DNA of 64,000 nucleotides from Eledone cirrhosa (GCA_964016885.1 OZ024766.1:17484001-17548000), one strand, 5' to 3'; numbered from the stretch's first letter, positions 1-17,599 are shown. Notes: generated by a model not told the origin, from the sequence alone. Made by a program: numbers and translations.

Positions 1-367
1 AGACCCTCAGGGAAGCAGTGAGGGGGCATTACGTCACCTTGACTGCTGACGACACCTAAGACCAATGTTGTCGGTGGAAACTTTGTCTGCATGACTCTGG
101 GCACGTCTTTGGATGAGACAGCGAGCCACCTGTTGTTCTGGGAGTTGATCTTCTGGTCTTATTTGTCCTCCCGACGCGGATTCCAAGAAGAACTCCGTGT
201 CTCTTCCACAAATTTGGGGGTTCAAAATTATTCATAATCAATTATTCTGAAAATAAATAATGGAAATATAGTCACTGTTTTTATGAAGACAAGAGTGACA
301 ACGGAAGTAAAAAAAATTTGCTTAAAATTAGCAGTTGAAAATTGCGAACAAATATCGTCGGCACCCT

Positions 368-400
<33 letters not shown>

Positions 401-548
401 AACATATACAGTATTAATGGTTATCAGGCAGAGAGCATCTTAACTGTAAAAAGGACAAGGGCAGATAATTTGCCATTCGGTATTTGTGGATTATCTCCCT
501 TATACCACAAATCTCGAACAGTAAAAATTTTATTCGTATGAAGTCATC

Positions 549-1274
549 TGAAAAAATATCTTTAAATAGAAGAAACAGGAGATTAAACTTGGGGTGGGGG
601 TTACCACAGATAAAAGAGGTACTCAATACATTAGTCGTCAGCGGCTGTCAACAAATCTGGTACAGTTGGAGTAAGTGTGTACTTGGTTAGTTGGGGGTTG
701 GGTGGCAGACAAATTTCTTCTTTGATGTTTGTCTTCACCTGACACCTTCCTGCCCTCTTCAAAGATGGCTGCAGCTGTGTTTTTTTATGGTCACTCTCCA
801 TTTCTCTCTGTCCTCTGCCATGCGTTCGCATTCCCTGTGATCGATATTGTCTTGGATCATCTGGCGCTTGAGTTGCTCCTTGAAGCGTTTTTAGGGGACC
901 CCCTTTGTTTCACTTGCCTTGAAAAAATATCTTTAAATAGAAGAAACAGGAGATTAAACTTGGGGTGGGGGTTACCACAGATAAAAGAGGTACTCAATAC
1001 ATTAGTCGACAGCGGCTGTCAACAAATCTGGTACAGTTGGAGTAAGTGTGTACTTGGTTAGTTGGGGGTTGGGTGGCAGGCAGATTTCTTCTTTGACACC
1101 TTCCTGCCCTCTTCAAAGATGGCTGCAGCTGTGTTTTTTTATGGTCACTCTCCATTTCTCTCTGTCCTCTGCCATGCGTTCGCATTCCCTGTGATCGATA
1201 TTGTCTTGGATCATCTGGCGCTTGAGTTGCTCCTTGAAGCGTTTTTAGGGGACCCCCTTTGTTTCACTTGCCTT
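549..1274. repeat. ~370-bp direct tandem duplication spanning the LINE 3' end and flank
   Basis: 'tgaaaaaatatctttaaatagaagaaacagg...cacttgccttga' starts at 549 and again at 920; near-identical apart from a short deletion. Confidence 0.9.
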
Positions 1275-1858
1275 GACATAGTTCGCTGTAGAAAACTGCC
1301 TTTGGCATCCTGGAGTCGTCCATGCATGAGACACGACATACCCAGAAAAGCTGTCTCAGCATCAGCATGCTCTCAATACTTGTGAGGACTTCGTTGTTTG
1401 TTATATAGTCCTGCTAATGGATGCCCCGCGATGGGGCGAAGGCATCGCTGGTTGAATCTTTCCAGTAGCTTGATCTGCTTCTGGTATAGGCCCCAACTTA
1501 CAGCCCCGTAGAGGAGGGTAGTGACTACCACAGCTCTGTAGACTCTGATCTTTGTGGTGAGGTGTAGAAAGTGGTTCTGCCGCACATGTTTCTGCAAGCG
1601 CCTGAATGAGCTGCTGGTCTTGGCAATGCTGTTGTCAGTGGCCCTTTGTTGAGGTAGTGTCGTTTGTAATGACTCTTACGAAGTATGTGAAGTGCTCCAC
1701 TCCACTGAGGGGGGTGCCCATCGATGTTTAATCTATGGAGGATGGCACTCTTCATTTGCTGGCTTCTGGGACATGACTTCAGCTTTCTTGTGGCTCTTGG
1801 TCAGCCCAAAAGCTTTGGCTGCCTGGAGATCTTCCACTGGCTGCTCCAGAATGTCAAA
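730..1858 (-). mobile_element. Decayed RTE-type non-LTR retrotransposon, C-terminal RT region
   Basis: Minus-strand translation gives 'AAKAFGL', 'LTTKIRVYRAVVVTTLLYGAVSWGLYQKQIKLLERFNQRCLR' and 'KRFKEQLKRQMIQDNIDHRECERMAEDREKWR', typical of the RTE-clade RT C-terminus; frameshifted. Confidence 0.8.
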
Positions 1859-3119
1859 CCACCACCACCACCACCACCACCAACAACAACAATAACACCA
1901 CCACCACCAACAACAATAACACCACCACCACCAACAATAACAACACCATCACCAACAACAATAACACCACCACCACCAACAATAACACCACCATCACCAC
2001 CACCACCAACAACAACAATAACACCACCACCACCAACAACAATAACACCACCACCACCAACAATAACAACACCATCACCAACAACACCACCATCACCAAC
2101 ACCACCATCACCACCACCAACAATAACACCACCATCACCACCACCACCAACAACAACAATAACACCACCACCACCAACAATAACACCACCATCACCACCA
2201 CCACCAACAACAACAATAACACCACCACCACCAACAACAATAACACCACCACCACCAACAATAACAACACCATCACCAACAACACCACCATCACCAACAC
2301 CACCATCACCACCACCAACAATAACAACACCACCACCAACAACAACAATAACACCACCATCACCACCACCACCAACAATAACACCACCATCACCACCACC
2401 ACCAACAACAACAATAACACCACCACCACCAACAACAATAACAACACCACCACCACCATCACCAACACCACCATCACCACCACCAACAATAACACCACCA
2501 TCACCACCACCACCAACAATAACACCACCATCACCACCACCACCAACAACAACAATAACACCACCACCACCAACAACAATAACAACACCACCACCACCAT
2601 CACCAACACCACCATCACCACCACCACCAATAACACCACCATCACCATCACCAATAACACCACCACCACCACCACCACCAACAATAACACCACCACCACC
2701 ACCACCACCACCACCAACAATAACAACACCACCATCACCAACAATAACACCACCACCACCAACAATAACACCACCACCACCACCACCAACAATAACACCA
2801 CCACCACCACCACCAACAATAACACCACCACCACCACCAACAATAACAACACCACCATCACCAACAATAACAACACCACCACCAACAACACCACCATCAC
2901 CATCACCAACAATAACACCACCACCACCAACAATAACACCACCACCACCATCACCAACAATAACAACACCACCACCACCAACAATAACAACACCACCACC
3001 AACAACACCACCAACAATAACAACACCACCATCAACAACAACAACACCAACAACAACAACAACAACACCACCACCACCAACAATAACACCACCACCACCA
3101 ACAACAATAACAACAACAA
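1859..3119. repeat. Degenerate trinucleotide (CCA/CAA/ACA) low-complexity repeat
   Basis: 1.26 kb of cca/caa/ata/tca triplets; it separates the LINE remnant from the end of the propeller pseudogene. Confidence 0.95.
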
Positions 3120-5993
3120 GTGTGTAAAGTCTGAAAATATTTATCTCTCATATTGAAAGGAAGCAAGATGTTGCTCTGTTGCAACATGTCCAAAAATTGT
3201 GATAAAATTGTCAGAGATTTGGAGGCCATTAACCCAGTAAACTCCAGAATCTTTCTGGTAATATTTTGCCATGGATTATTTTACCTTCTGTTGTTGTTAC
3301 TGTGAGAATATTCCTCAACATGAACACTGCCACATTGTCATGTAACATAATTAGTTTACTGTAGTTGATGATGTCCCTCTCATATTCCACAAAATATTCC
3401 GTCTCATCAACCTGACATCTCTCAGTATATTTAGAAAGATAAGACATTTTCATACCATGTGGTAAAAATCTCACTGATATTTCATCATTTCCTTACATAC
3501 ACTCTGCCTTGTAATTACCACGTCTCACCTCTAGTAAATTGTTAATTATTTCACCTGAAGTAGTAGTAGTACATCTTGTTTGAGACAGATGATAATCCAG
3601 ATGTAATGTCCCATGTTCCAGAACATTCAGTTTGTTGTCATCAATCTTTATCATATGATATTCTGTCAAGTTGATATGTCGACAGAAGTAAATATTTTCT
3701 TCTATCCTCGATATACGACCATAAGGTAGAGAACTGGACCAAACATGATATTCTGTCAAATCTTCCTTCTCTAGTTGAATTAATTGATATTCATCAGGAA
3801 GTGTAACCATAATAAATCTTCCTTCTTCTGTAAAACAGACTCCACCAACTAAAGTTTCAACATTTCTGTGACATAACAGTTCCCCATCTCTCTGAAATAT
3901 TTTAACATTACCATAATTGGTTATTTCATAGACAACTGTTTGTCCATCATCAGTGATGTCCATATCTTTTATTTCAACAGAGCTTTGGTCTGTTTTTACA
4001 CAGCAAACAGGGAATGTTTCCCTATTAAGTTCATATAAACCTTCAACATATAAACACCTTCTCCTCCAGTCATATCCAACAAACCTTGGACCTTTACAGT
4101 TAATACTGGTGAAATGTATGTCATGTCTATAATGTCTTTTATTTAAAAATATTTCCCTGTATTTACCAGTCTGTGACAAACAAACAATCTGGTAACCTCT
4201 GTCTTCAAAGTTATATAATCTCCACTGTCCATAAATGTACAAATAATTGTCATCTGTTGTTATACAGGTGTTTGGTGGTATGTCATCATAATATTGTCTG
4301 TGTGAATGTAAATAACCAGTTTTAGATCTGAAGAAAGTGATATATCTACCATTGTGAAATATAATCTCATTCTTAACATTAACTACAATATCAGAGATGA
4401 GACTATCATATCTATATTGTATGTCATTGATGAACTCAGGTATGTTTATTTATTTCTTTACATCCACAGTTGAATGTATTTCATCAATATCAATGACAAA
4501 CAATCTATGTCTATCTCTACCTCTATATATATCTCTCTCTACACTACTACACACTAGTTGGTTGTCTAACAAAGAAGCTATACCATAATAGCTATGGTCT
4601 GTCTTATAACTTACCAAATACAATGGAAACTCCACTTCTAAAGTTAACAGCTTGTCAGTATCAGTGGTAATGACCAGTGTGTTTGACCCCCAACGACATA
4701 TATGTATAGGGAGATTGTTATTTAATTTGATAAAGTCAACAATTTGACCATCAAATGTTAATATGTTAATGTTGTTGTTATTGGAGTCATATAATGCAAT
4801 CAGGTTATTTTCAGTAACAACAACCAAACACTTCTCCTCACCACGACAACCCACTGGTCTTGTGTCTTCCAAACAAGGAGGAGGTGAACATTTCTTAGCT
4901 TTATCAGAAACTGTCAGATCCTGCAGATATAATGTAGAAGAAAACATTTCACTGACACAGATGGTTCTAGAAAATACATCTACCATGTCAATAAACATGT
5001 TAGACTGTTTCCTTGTCACCAGATCTACCACCACAGAGTTATGCCTATTTATAGCCAACACACCATCTTTGTCTATCAGATAATGACAAGTGTTATCAAT
5101 ACATCCACCATATAGATCAGAAAGTGGTTTAAAGTTGGGCTCTGAAATAGGGCTGGGACCCCTTAAAATACCTCGTTGACCCTTTTTTTGATATAGTTTC
5201 GTACATAAATATTTTTTTCTTAGCCACCATAAATATATTTAATGTATCATTGTCTATTGCTAATGAGTTTATTTGACATGGAATAGGGACCCTAGACATT
5301 ACTTCACCCTGGTTATGTTTTTGAACAGATACAATGTCTATATAGTTTGGTTTGTTGTCACAATAACCAACAATTCTACCCTCACCAAACTTCCGTATCT
5401 GTACATAAGGGTGCTTTAATGATATCATTCTAACTGTTTTTGATAGGTTTCCAATAAGCCTTAATTCTTTCTCTAGGGGTAATGTGACAGCCAATTGACT
5501 AGAACCCCATCTACATATATCTGTAGCTACAGATGGCAGATATAATGTAGATAACACTTTTATGTCTTCTCCTTCTTTCTTAGAAATGTATAATAAGCAA
5601 GAATTATTTATGTCAGACACCACCAACTGTCTGTTGGGTAGATAACATGTTTCAGCAATCGCAATTTTATTATCATCCTTTTCTTTGTGTCGTATCGTTG
5701 GATTTCTGATATAAGGATTTAACTTTTTTAAATGACAAATGGATGATTCACAGTTGTAAACAAGAATACTCCCTAGGTTATGATCAAATAGATATATACT
5801 TCCTTCACAAATACCATTAGAGAAGCGAGAAGCTACCGGAAGTTTTAATTTCCATTTATATTCTCCATAAATATCATAACATGCCATAATAGAGAGTGTA
5901 GGGAAGATAACATACAAGTAAAAAGTGTCTGGGTAGATATGATAGGGACGGCTGTTAAAATCAAAATATGTTTCGAAAAGTTCTTCTTCACCT

Positions 5994-8900
5994 AAACTAG
6001 AATGAAATATTAATTTACGATATTTCTTATCTAAAATAACAAAATAAGTTGGAGTTGTAGCTATACTGACATCACCATGTTCTAATGATTTTAGTATTTC
6101 ACATTCTACCTTGTCTTCCTCAATCTTTAATTTATGGACCTCATTCATTCCACAAGTGGTCAAAGCCATAAACCTATCTAATACTACATGACATATTTGA
6201 ATGTAATTCTTATCTAAACAATAGAGATTACCTTCTTTTAGTTCAGGACATGTAATATGTTGTATACTTCTAGTTTTATTGAATAGAACCAGAAATTTGC
6301 TGGAGTCTATTCTGCAAAATCTAGATGGTTTGGACTTAAATATTAATTCCTTACCTCTACACAATTCTGTCCCACTGTAAGTGTATAGTATAGCTTTCAG
6401 ATCCCTGTATACAACTAATACAGAAGATCGTGACATAGGTAGAATCTTATATATCTTGTTAGGGTACTCTATATTAATTTTGTCATTCAAACAGGGTGTT
6501 TGGGTCTTTTGATAATAAGACATCTTTGGCCAAAACTTTTTTGTCTTAAAACAATATATCTGACCAGAAACATCAGATACAAACATATTATTTAAGTCAA
6601 ATGTAATATATTGAGTGCTTATCCCAATATCCTTTTGAGAGATGCCACCTATTGAGGAGATCTTATAAATAAGCTGCCCTTGAAATACATAAAAATAATT
6701 CCTGAAAACGGTGATGTCAGCAGGAATGTCCTTAGAATGGAGGTGAAATTGAAATAATTTACGACCATTCAGATCATAACAGATTATAACGGTTAAATTA
6801 TAAAATATTACTAAAACACGATCGTCTGGCCCTATGGCTATACTTCTCGGCTCATGTTTCACCTCAAATTGCTCAGTATATGTTTTTTTCAATCCAATTT
6901 ACCATATATATTTTTTTTCTAATAATTTAAAACCTAGGAATCTACTATCTTTATAATATGAAATTTTATGAAAGCCGACTTCAAGAGTTTTTATTGCAAC
7001 ACTAGAGGGTGAGAAGAACAGAATTTGAAACTAGAATGAAATATTATTTACAATACTTCTTATCTAAAATAACAAAATAAGTTGGAGTTGTAGCTATACT
7101 GACATCACCATGTTCTAATGATTTTAGTATTTCACATTTTACCTTGTCTTCCTCAATCTTTAATTTATGGACCTCATTCATTCCACAAGTGGTCAAAGCC
7201 ATAAACCTATCTAATACTACATGACATATTTGAATGTAATTCTTATCTAAACAATAGAGATTACCTTGTTTTAGTTCAGGACATGTAATATGTTGTATAT
7301 TTTGTGTAGTTCTAGTTTTATTGAATAGAACCAGAAATTTGCTGGAGTCTATTCTGCAAAATCTAGATGGTTTGGACTTAAATATTAATTCCTTACCTCT
7401 ACACAATTCTGTCCCACTGTAAGTATATAGTATAGCTTTCAGATCCCTGTATACAACTAATACAGAAGATCGTGACATAGGTAGAATCTTATATATCTCG
7501 TTAGGGTACTCTATATTAATTTTGTCATTCAGACAGGGTGTTTGGGTCTTTTGATAATAAGACATCTTTGGCCAAAACTTTTTTGTCTTAAAACAATATA
7601 TCTGACCAGAAACATCAGATACAAACATATTATTTAAGTCAAATGTAATATATTGAGTGCTTATCCCAATATCCTTTTGAGAGATGCCACCTATTGAGGA
7701 GATCTTATAAATAACCTGCCCTTGAAATACATAAAAATAATTCCTGAAAACGGTGATGTCAGCAGGAATGTCCTTAGAATGGAGGTGAAATTGAAATAAT
7801 TTACGACCATTCAGATTATAACAGATTATAACGGTTAAATTATAAAATATTACTAAAACACGATCGTCTGGCCCTATGGCTATACTTCTCGGCTCATGTT
7901 TCACCTCAAATTGCTCAGTATATGTTTTTTTCAATCCAATTTACCATATATATTTTTTTTCTAATAATTTAAAACCTAGGAATCTACTATCTTTATAATA
8001 TGAAATTTTATGAAAGCCGTCTTCAAGAGTTTTTATTGCAACACTAGAGGGTGAGAAGAACAGAATTTGAAACTAGAATGAAATATTATTTACAATACTT
8101 CTTATCTAAAATAACAAAATAAGTTGGAGTTGTAGCTATACTGACATCACCATGTTCTAATGATTTTAGTATTTCACATTTTACCTTATCTTCTTCAATC
8201 TTTAATTTATGGACCTCATTCATTCCACAAGTGGTCAAAGCCATAAATATATCTAATACTACATGACATATTTGAATGTAATTCTTATCTAAACAATAGA
8301 GATTACCTTGTTTTAGTTCAGGACATGTAATATGTTGTATATTTTGTGTAGTTCTAGTTTTATTGAATAGAACCAGAAATTTGCTGGAGTCTATTCTGCA
8401 AAATCTAGATGGTTTGGACTTAAATATTAATTCCTTACCTCTACACAATTCTGTCCCACTGTAAGTGTATAGTATAGCTTTCAGATCCCTGTATACAACT
8501 AATACAGAAGATCGTGACATAGGTAGAATCTCATATATCTTGTTAGGGTACTCTATATTAATTTTGTCATTCAGACAGGGTGTTTGGGTCTTTTGATAAT
8601 AAGACATCTTTGGCCAAAACTTTTTTGTCTTAAAACAATATATCTGACCAGAAACATCAGATACAAACATATTATTTAAGTCAAATGTAATATATTGAGT
8701 GCTTATCCCAATATCCTTTTGAGAGATGCCACCTATTGAGGAGATCTTATAAATAACCTGCCCTTGAAATACATAAAAATAATTCCTGAAAACGGTGATG
8801 TCAGCAGGAATGTCCTTAGAATGGAGGTGAAATCGAAATAATTTACGACCATTCAGATTATAACAGATTATAACGGATAAATTATAAAACACTACTAAAA

Positions 8901-10143
8901 CACGATCGTCTGGCCCTATGGCTATACTTCTCGGCTCATGTTTCACCTCAAATTGCTCAGTATATGTTTTTTTCAATCCAATTTACCATATATATTTTTT
9001 TTCTAATAATTTAAAACCTAGGAATCTACTATCTTTATAATATGAAATTTTATGAAAGCCGTCTTCAAGAGTTTTTATTGCAACACTAGAGGGTGAGAAG
9101 AACAGAATTTGAAACTAGAATGAAATATTATTTACAATACTTCTTATCTAAAATAACAAAATAAGTTGGAGTTGTAGCTATACTGACATCACCATGTTCT
9201 AATGATTTTAGTATTTCACATTTTACCTTGTCTTCCTCAATCTTTAATTTATGGACCTCATTCATTCCACAAGTGGTCAAAGCCATAAACCTATCTAATA
9301 CTACATGACATATTTGAATGTAATTCTTATCTAAACAATAGAGATTACCTTGTTTTAGTTCAGGACATGTAATATGTTGTATATTTTGTGTAGTTCTAGT
9401 TTTATTGAATAGAACCAGAAATTTGCTGGAGTCTATTCTGCAAAATCTAGATGGTTTGGACTTAAATATTAATTCCTTACCTCTACACAATTCTGTCCCA
9501 CTGTAAGTGTATAGTATAGCTTTCAGATCCCTGTATACAACTAATACAGAAGATCGTGACATAGGTAGAATCTCATATATCTTGTTAGGGTACTCTATAT
9601 TAATTTTGTCATTCAGACAGGGTGTTTGGGTCTTTTGATAATAAGACATCTTTGGCCAAAACTTTTTTGTCTTAAAACGATATATCTGACCAGAAACATC
9701 AGATACAAACATATTATTTAAGTCAAATGTAATATATTGAGTGCTTATCCCAATATCCTTTTGAGAGATGCCACCTATTGAGGAGATCTTATAAATAAGC
9801 TGCCCTTGAAATACATAAAAATAATTCCTGAAAACGGTGATGTCAGCAGGAATGTCCTTAGAATGGAGGTGAAATCGAAATAATTTATGACCATTCAGAT
9901 TATAACGGATAAATTATAAAACACTACTAAAACACGATCGTCTGGCCCTATGGCTATACTTCTCGGCTCATGTTTCACCTCAAATTGCTCAGTATATGTT
10001 TTTTCAATCCAATTTACCATATATATTTTTTTTTCTAATAATTTAAAACCTAGGAATCTACTATCTTTATAATATGAAATTTTATGAAAGCCGACTTCAA
10101 GAGTTTTTATTGCAACACTAGAGGGTGAGAAGAACAGAATTTG
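5994..10143. repeat. Four tandem ~1.04-kb copies of propeller coding sequence
   Basis: Units start at ~5994, 7029, 8071 and 9113; the junction 'gaacagaatttg|aaactagaatgaaatatt' recurs every 1042 bp. Confidence 0.95.
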
Positions 10144-10332
10144 ATTGTCAAATGGTAATGTGGCAATTACCACATTTTGGTTAAATCTATCAATATCAGT
10201 GACCACTGATTGACAGTGTACCATACAACAACAGCCAGTTGGTGGTGTGTACTTTAGTGCTAATATACGTGGGATATAGCTCATAGTACCATTCTTTATG
10301 GGTACAATATATTTTAATGGTAGAGGGTAATA

Positions 10333-10540
10333 TTCTACAGTAAGTTTTACAGTGTCTTCTACAGTAAGTTTTACAGTAAGTTCTACAGTAAGTTTTACAG
10401 TGTCTACTACAGTAAATTCTACAGTAAGTTTTACAGTGTCTTCTACAGTAAGTTTTACAGTGTCTACTACAGTAAATTCTACAGTAAGTTTTACAGTGTC
10501 TTCTACAGTAAGTTCTACAGTAAGTTTTACAGTGTCTACT
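10333..10540 (-). repeat. In-frame 12-bp minisatellite (TVKL/TVED/TVEF)
   Basis: tacagtaagttt / tacagtgtcttc units translate as VVDTVKLTVELTVEDTVKLTVEF inside ORF 9895-10674. Confidence 0.9.
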
Positions 10541-10910
10541 ACTGGAGGAACAGGTTTATATAATATTTGGCATGGTACTGTGATATCTTTCTTCAAGAGG
10601 ATTTCAGGTAACACTTTATCAATTACCTTAGATTTATTTTCACTAATATCAGCCTTTTGTAGTGGGAACACCACTTCATCCCCACCATATGCTACTTGGG
10701 GGAACTGTATACTTATAATATCTATTTATGCAGCCACCATTGTTTGTCTCTACTTCTAAAACTGGTTATATATGTATGTGTGTGTGTATATATGTGTTAT
10801 GTGTGTGTATATGAATGTAATTCCAAACAGCTTCACAATTTCAAGATTTTTCAGATAAGTTTACCAAATCTAAAATGAAATATAGGAAAAAAAGAAATAT
10901 TGATTATTAT

Positions 10911-11462
10911 AACGGAAAAAATGAAACGAAATTTCATTTCCCACTCTTAGTACGGCTGTTACTTAAATATAAGTATGTACACGTACATACATATATGTAT
11001 ACAGACGTACAGTAGTATGTATATATATATACATACATGCACACATATATATATGTACGTATGGATTCACCGAACATTTATTATAATGCTCGGTGTGTTT
11101 GTAAACAAACATCCCGCATGAAGCCGTAGTGTCTAGCAACCATCGTTGCTCGTTTGTTCAACACTGACAAAGGAACGCTGTACTAGTTTCAAGCTTATTA
11201 GCTATCGTCAGCAACGTATACTTTCCTGCCAGATTGTTGAACGTATATACTTACCTTATGCATATTAACGGCTGAGTAGCCCAATTTGCATATCGAGTGG
11301 GTTAATCGGACAGGTGCACCGAAAACGATAAACGGAAAAAATTAAACAAAATTTCATTTCCCACTCTTAGTACGGCTGTTACTTAAATATAAGTATCTAT
11401 ACGTACATACATATATTTATACAGATATTTATATACATATATTTATACAGACATACAGTAGT
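10911..11462 (-). mobile_element. ~1.3 copies of the 420-bp HHR-bearing repeat (Penelope pseudo-LTR / retrozyme-like)
   Basis: Near-identical to the units at 45571-46860; the unit start 'aacggaaaaa...' recurs at 11331. Confidence 0.75.
11175..11217 (-). ncRNA. Minimal type-I hammerhead ribozyme
   Basis: rc: acgttg-CTGACGA-t-AGCT-aata-AGCT-t-GAAA-C-ta-GTA-cagcgt. Helix I acgttg/cagcgt; helix II AGCT/AGCT; helix III palindromic ACTAGT; GUA cleavage triplet. Confidence 0.8.
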
Positions 11463-11466
11463 ACCA

Positions 11467-11860
11467 TCATTTCATCATTTTACGTCCACTTTTCCCTGCT
11501 TGCAAGGGTGGGACGGGTGCCCTTCCTAACACCAACCTCATTTACAGTGAGTGCTGGGTGCTTTTTTGCTGTGGCACCTCCACGACCACTTTACAGTGAG
11601 TGCTGGGTGCTTTTTTGCTGTGGCACCTCCACGACCACTTTACAGTGAGTGCTGGGTGCTTTTTTGCCGTGGCACCTCCACGACCACTTTACAGTGGAAT
11701 GATAGGGACCCCAGTCCTATCATCTCATTTCTACAGCTGAGTAAACTGGAGCAATGTGAAATAAAGTGTCTTGCTCAAGGAAACAACACATCACCCGGTC
11801 TGAGAATTGAACTCACAACCTTGCAAGGCCAATGCTCTAACCACTAAGCCATGTGCCTCC
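11467..11860 (-). mobile_element. tRNA-derived SINE family A (49-bp internal repeat, RTE-like tail)
   Basis: rc head ggaggcacaTGGCTTAGTGG (A box)...GAGTTCAATTC (B box), CORE-like 'ccttgagcaagacactt', three 49-bp units, tail 'ggacgtaaaatgatga'. Confidence 0.85.
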
Positions 11861-11865
11861 ATATA

Positions 11866-11899
<34 letters not shown>

Positions 11900-12035
11900 C
11901 ATATATATATATATGGAGGCACAAATTAATTATCCCTTTTGCTTATATATAGATATTATGATGATGATGATATATATGTATATTATTCTTAATATATTCA
12001 CTGCGAACCTATACATTCTCTGCTTTCTTGGACTC

Positions 12036-12075
<40 letters not shown>

Positions 12076-12078
<3 letters not shown>

Positions 12079-13087
12079 GAGTGAGTTTCTTGGTCAGTGT
12101 CCAAGTCTCAGACCCATACAGCAGCACAGACTCCACTACAGCAATGAAGAGGCGGATTTTCAGGTCTCTACGAAGGTCCGACTTCCACACCGATCTCAAG
12201 CTGTGGCACGCCGCCCAGGCCCTGCTCTTCCTCTCAACCACATCATCTTACTTATTCCCAACCTTTGCTCCCAAATACAGGAAGTCCTCAACCAATTCCA
12301 GCGGCTTCCCGCCTACATTAGTGATCCCCTCTGGCTTCTCAACATTCTCTACATGGACACACTGGAAGAGGGAGACTGAGGTTAGCTGGACATGCTCACC
12401 GACATCCAGAGTTGACACTGCACTCAGTGCTCCTGTGGGAGCCCCCTACATAGACACACTGGAAGAGGGAGACTGAGGTTAGCTGGACATGCTCACCGAC
12501 ATCCAGAGTTGACACTGCACTCAGTGCTCCTGTGGGAGCCCCTGCATGGACACACTGGAAGAGGGAGACTGAGGTTAGCTGGACATGCTCACCGACATCC
12601 AGAGTTGACACTGCACTCAGTGCTCCTGTGGGAGCCCCTGCATGGACACACTGGAAGAGGGAGACTGAGGTTAGCTGGACATGCTCACCGACATCCAGAG
12701 TTGACACTGCACTCAGTGCTCCTGTGGGAGCCCCTGCATGGACACACTGGAAGAGGGAGACTGAGGTTAGCTGGACATGCTCACCGACATCCAGAGTTGA
12801 CACTGCACTCAGTGCTCCTGTGGGAGCCCCTGCATGGACACACTGGAAGAGGGAGACTGAGGTTAGCTGGACATGCTCACCGACATCCAGAGTTGACACT
12901 GCACTCAGTGCTCCTGTGGGAGCCCCTACATGGACACACTGGAAGAGGAAGACCAAGGTTAACGTATGTTGATGCCCTAAGGACAGACACTGGTCTGTTG
13001 GAGACGCAGGACATGGCAGCGATAATGAGGGACAGAGACCGCTGGAGAGAACTCGTCCATGGATCTCGGGAATTTTACCCGCCTTAG
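12076..13087. mobile_element. 5'-inverted RTE-like LINE insertion with 96-bp tandem expansion
   Basis: Minus strand 12350->12076: 'LELVEDFLYLG...LKIRLFIAVVESVLLYGSETWTLTKK'. Plus strand 12351-13087: 'RLRLAGHAHRHPEL...GRGRPRLTYVDALRTD...MRDRDRW'. Six 96-bp units at 12352-12928. Confidence 0.8.
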
Positions 13088-13178
13088 ATATATATATATA
13101 TATACGTAGGTCCCGGGTTGAGTCTGGGATAACCACAGTAAGTAAGGTACTCAATACATGGCAGAGTAAAATTTTTTT

Positions 13179-13302
13179 ATTTTATAGAAGGAGCTTCTAC
13201 AGGACTAGTACTGTTTCATTCAGATGAAATCTTCAGGAAGCTTTCTGAAGATTTCATCTGAATGAAACAGTACTAGTCCTGTAGAAGCTCCTTCTATAAA
13301 AT
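13179..13302. ncRNA. Near-perfect palindrome encoding a type-I hammerhead ribozyme on each strand
   Basis: Plus 13239-13289 and minus 13192-13243: agctt(c/t)-CTGAAGA-tTTCatctGAAt-GAAA-CAG-tactagtc-CTG-TA-gaagct. Confidence 0.8.
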
Positions 13303-17240
<3,938 letters not shown>

Positions 17241-17599
17241 CTTATATTGATTAGTTTTGTGGAAAATATTAGTGTTTTTCTTGGCTGACAAGTACCTGTA
17301 TACCCCCCCCCCCCCTCCCCCCTCTCCTCGAACAAAGATCCCAGCTCCTCTCTCTTCTCCTTGGATACCTTTACATATCGATCAAGCAGGAAATATAGGG
17401 GGCAAAAAAATTTAGTGAGAAATATTTCAAATATAAAACTGAATAAATTAATGAAAGAAACGTAAAAATGATGAAAATTTGTTGAAATACCTTGAAAATA
17501 TAAAATATAGAAGAAGGAGTCAGGTGAGGAGTTGATGGAGTTTGATGACAAAGGATTCAAGAAAGAATGACAAAGGGTGGGGCAGGAAATAGGGACAGT

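Larger units (their letters stand above)
3122..10755 (-). pseudogene. Disrupted intronless multi-beta-propeller (NHL/TRIM-C-terminal-like) gene with internal tandem duplication
   Basis: ORFs 9895-10674, 9128-9712, 8086-8976, 7044-7934, 5129-6892, 4450-5061, 3493-4242 and 3229-3474 are colinear. They are joined by in-frame stops (4450, 3493) or frameshifts (A7 run ~5185; 10-nt deletion ~9900). Blade-like motifs: 'PRSIAIGPDDRVLV', 'ATDICRWGSSQLAVTLP', 'VGGVCFTEEGRFIMVTLP'. Confidence 0.7.

Noticed and set aside
1724-3127. 467-aa Pro/Thr-rich and 421-aa Leu/Val ORFs
   Set aside because: Stop-free translations of a trinucleotide repeat; the N-terminus is antisense LINE sequence.
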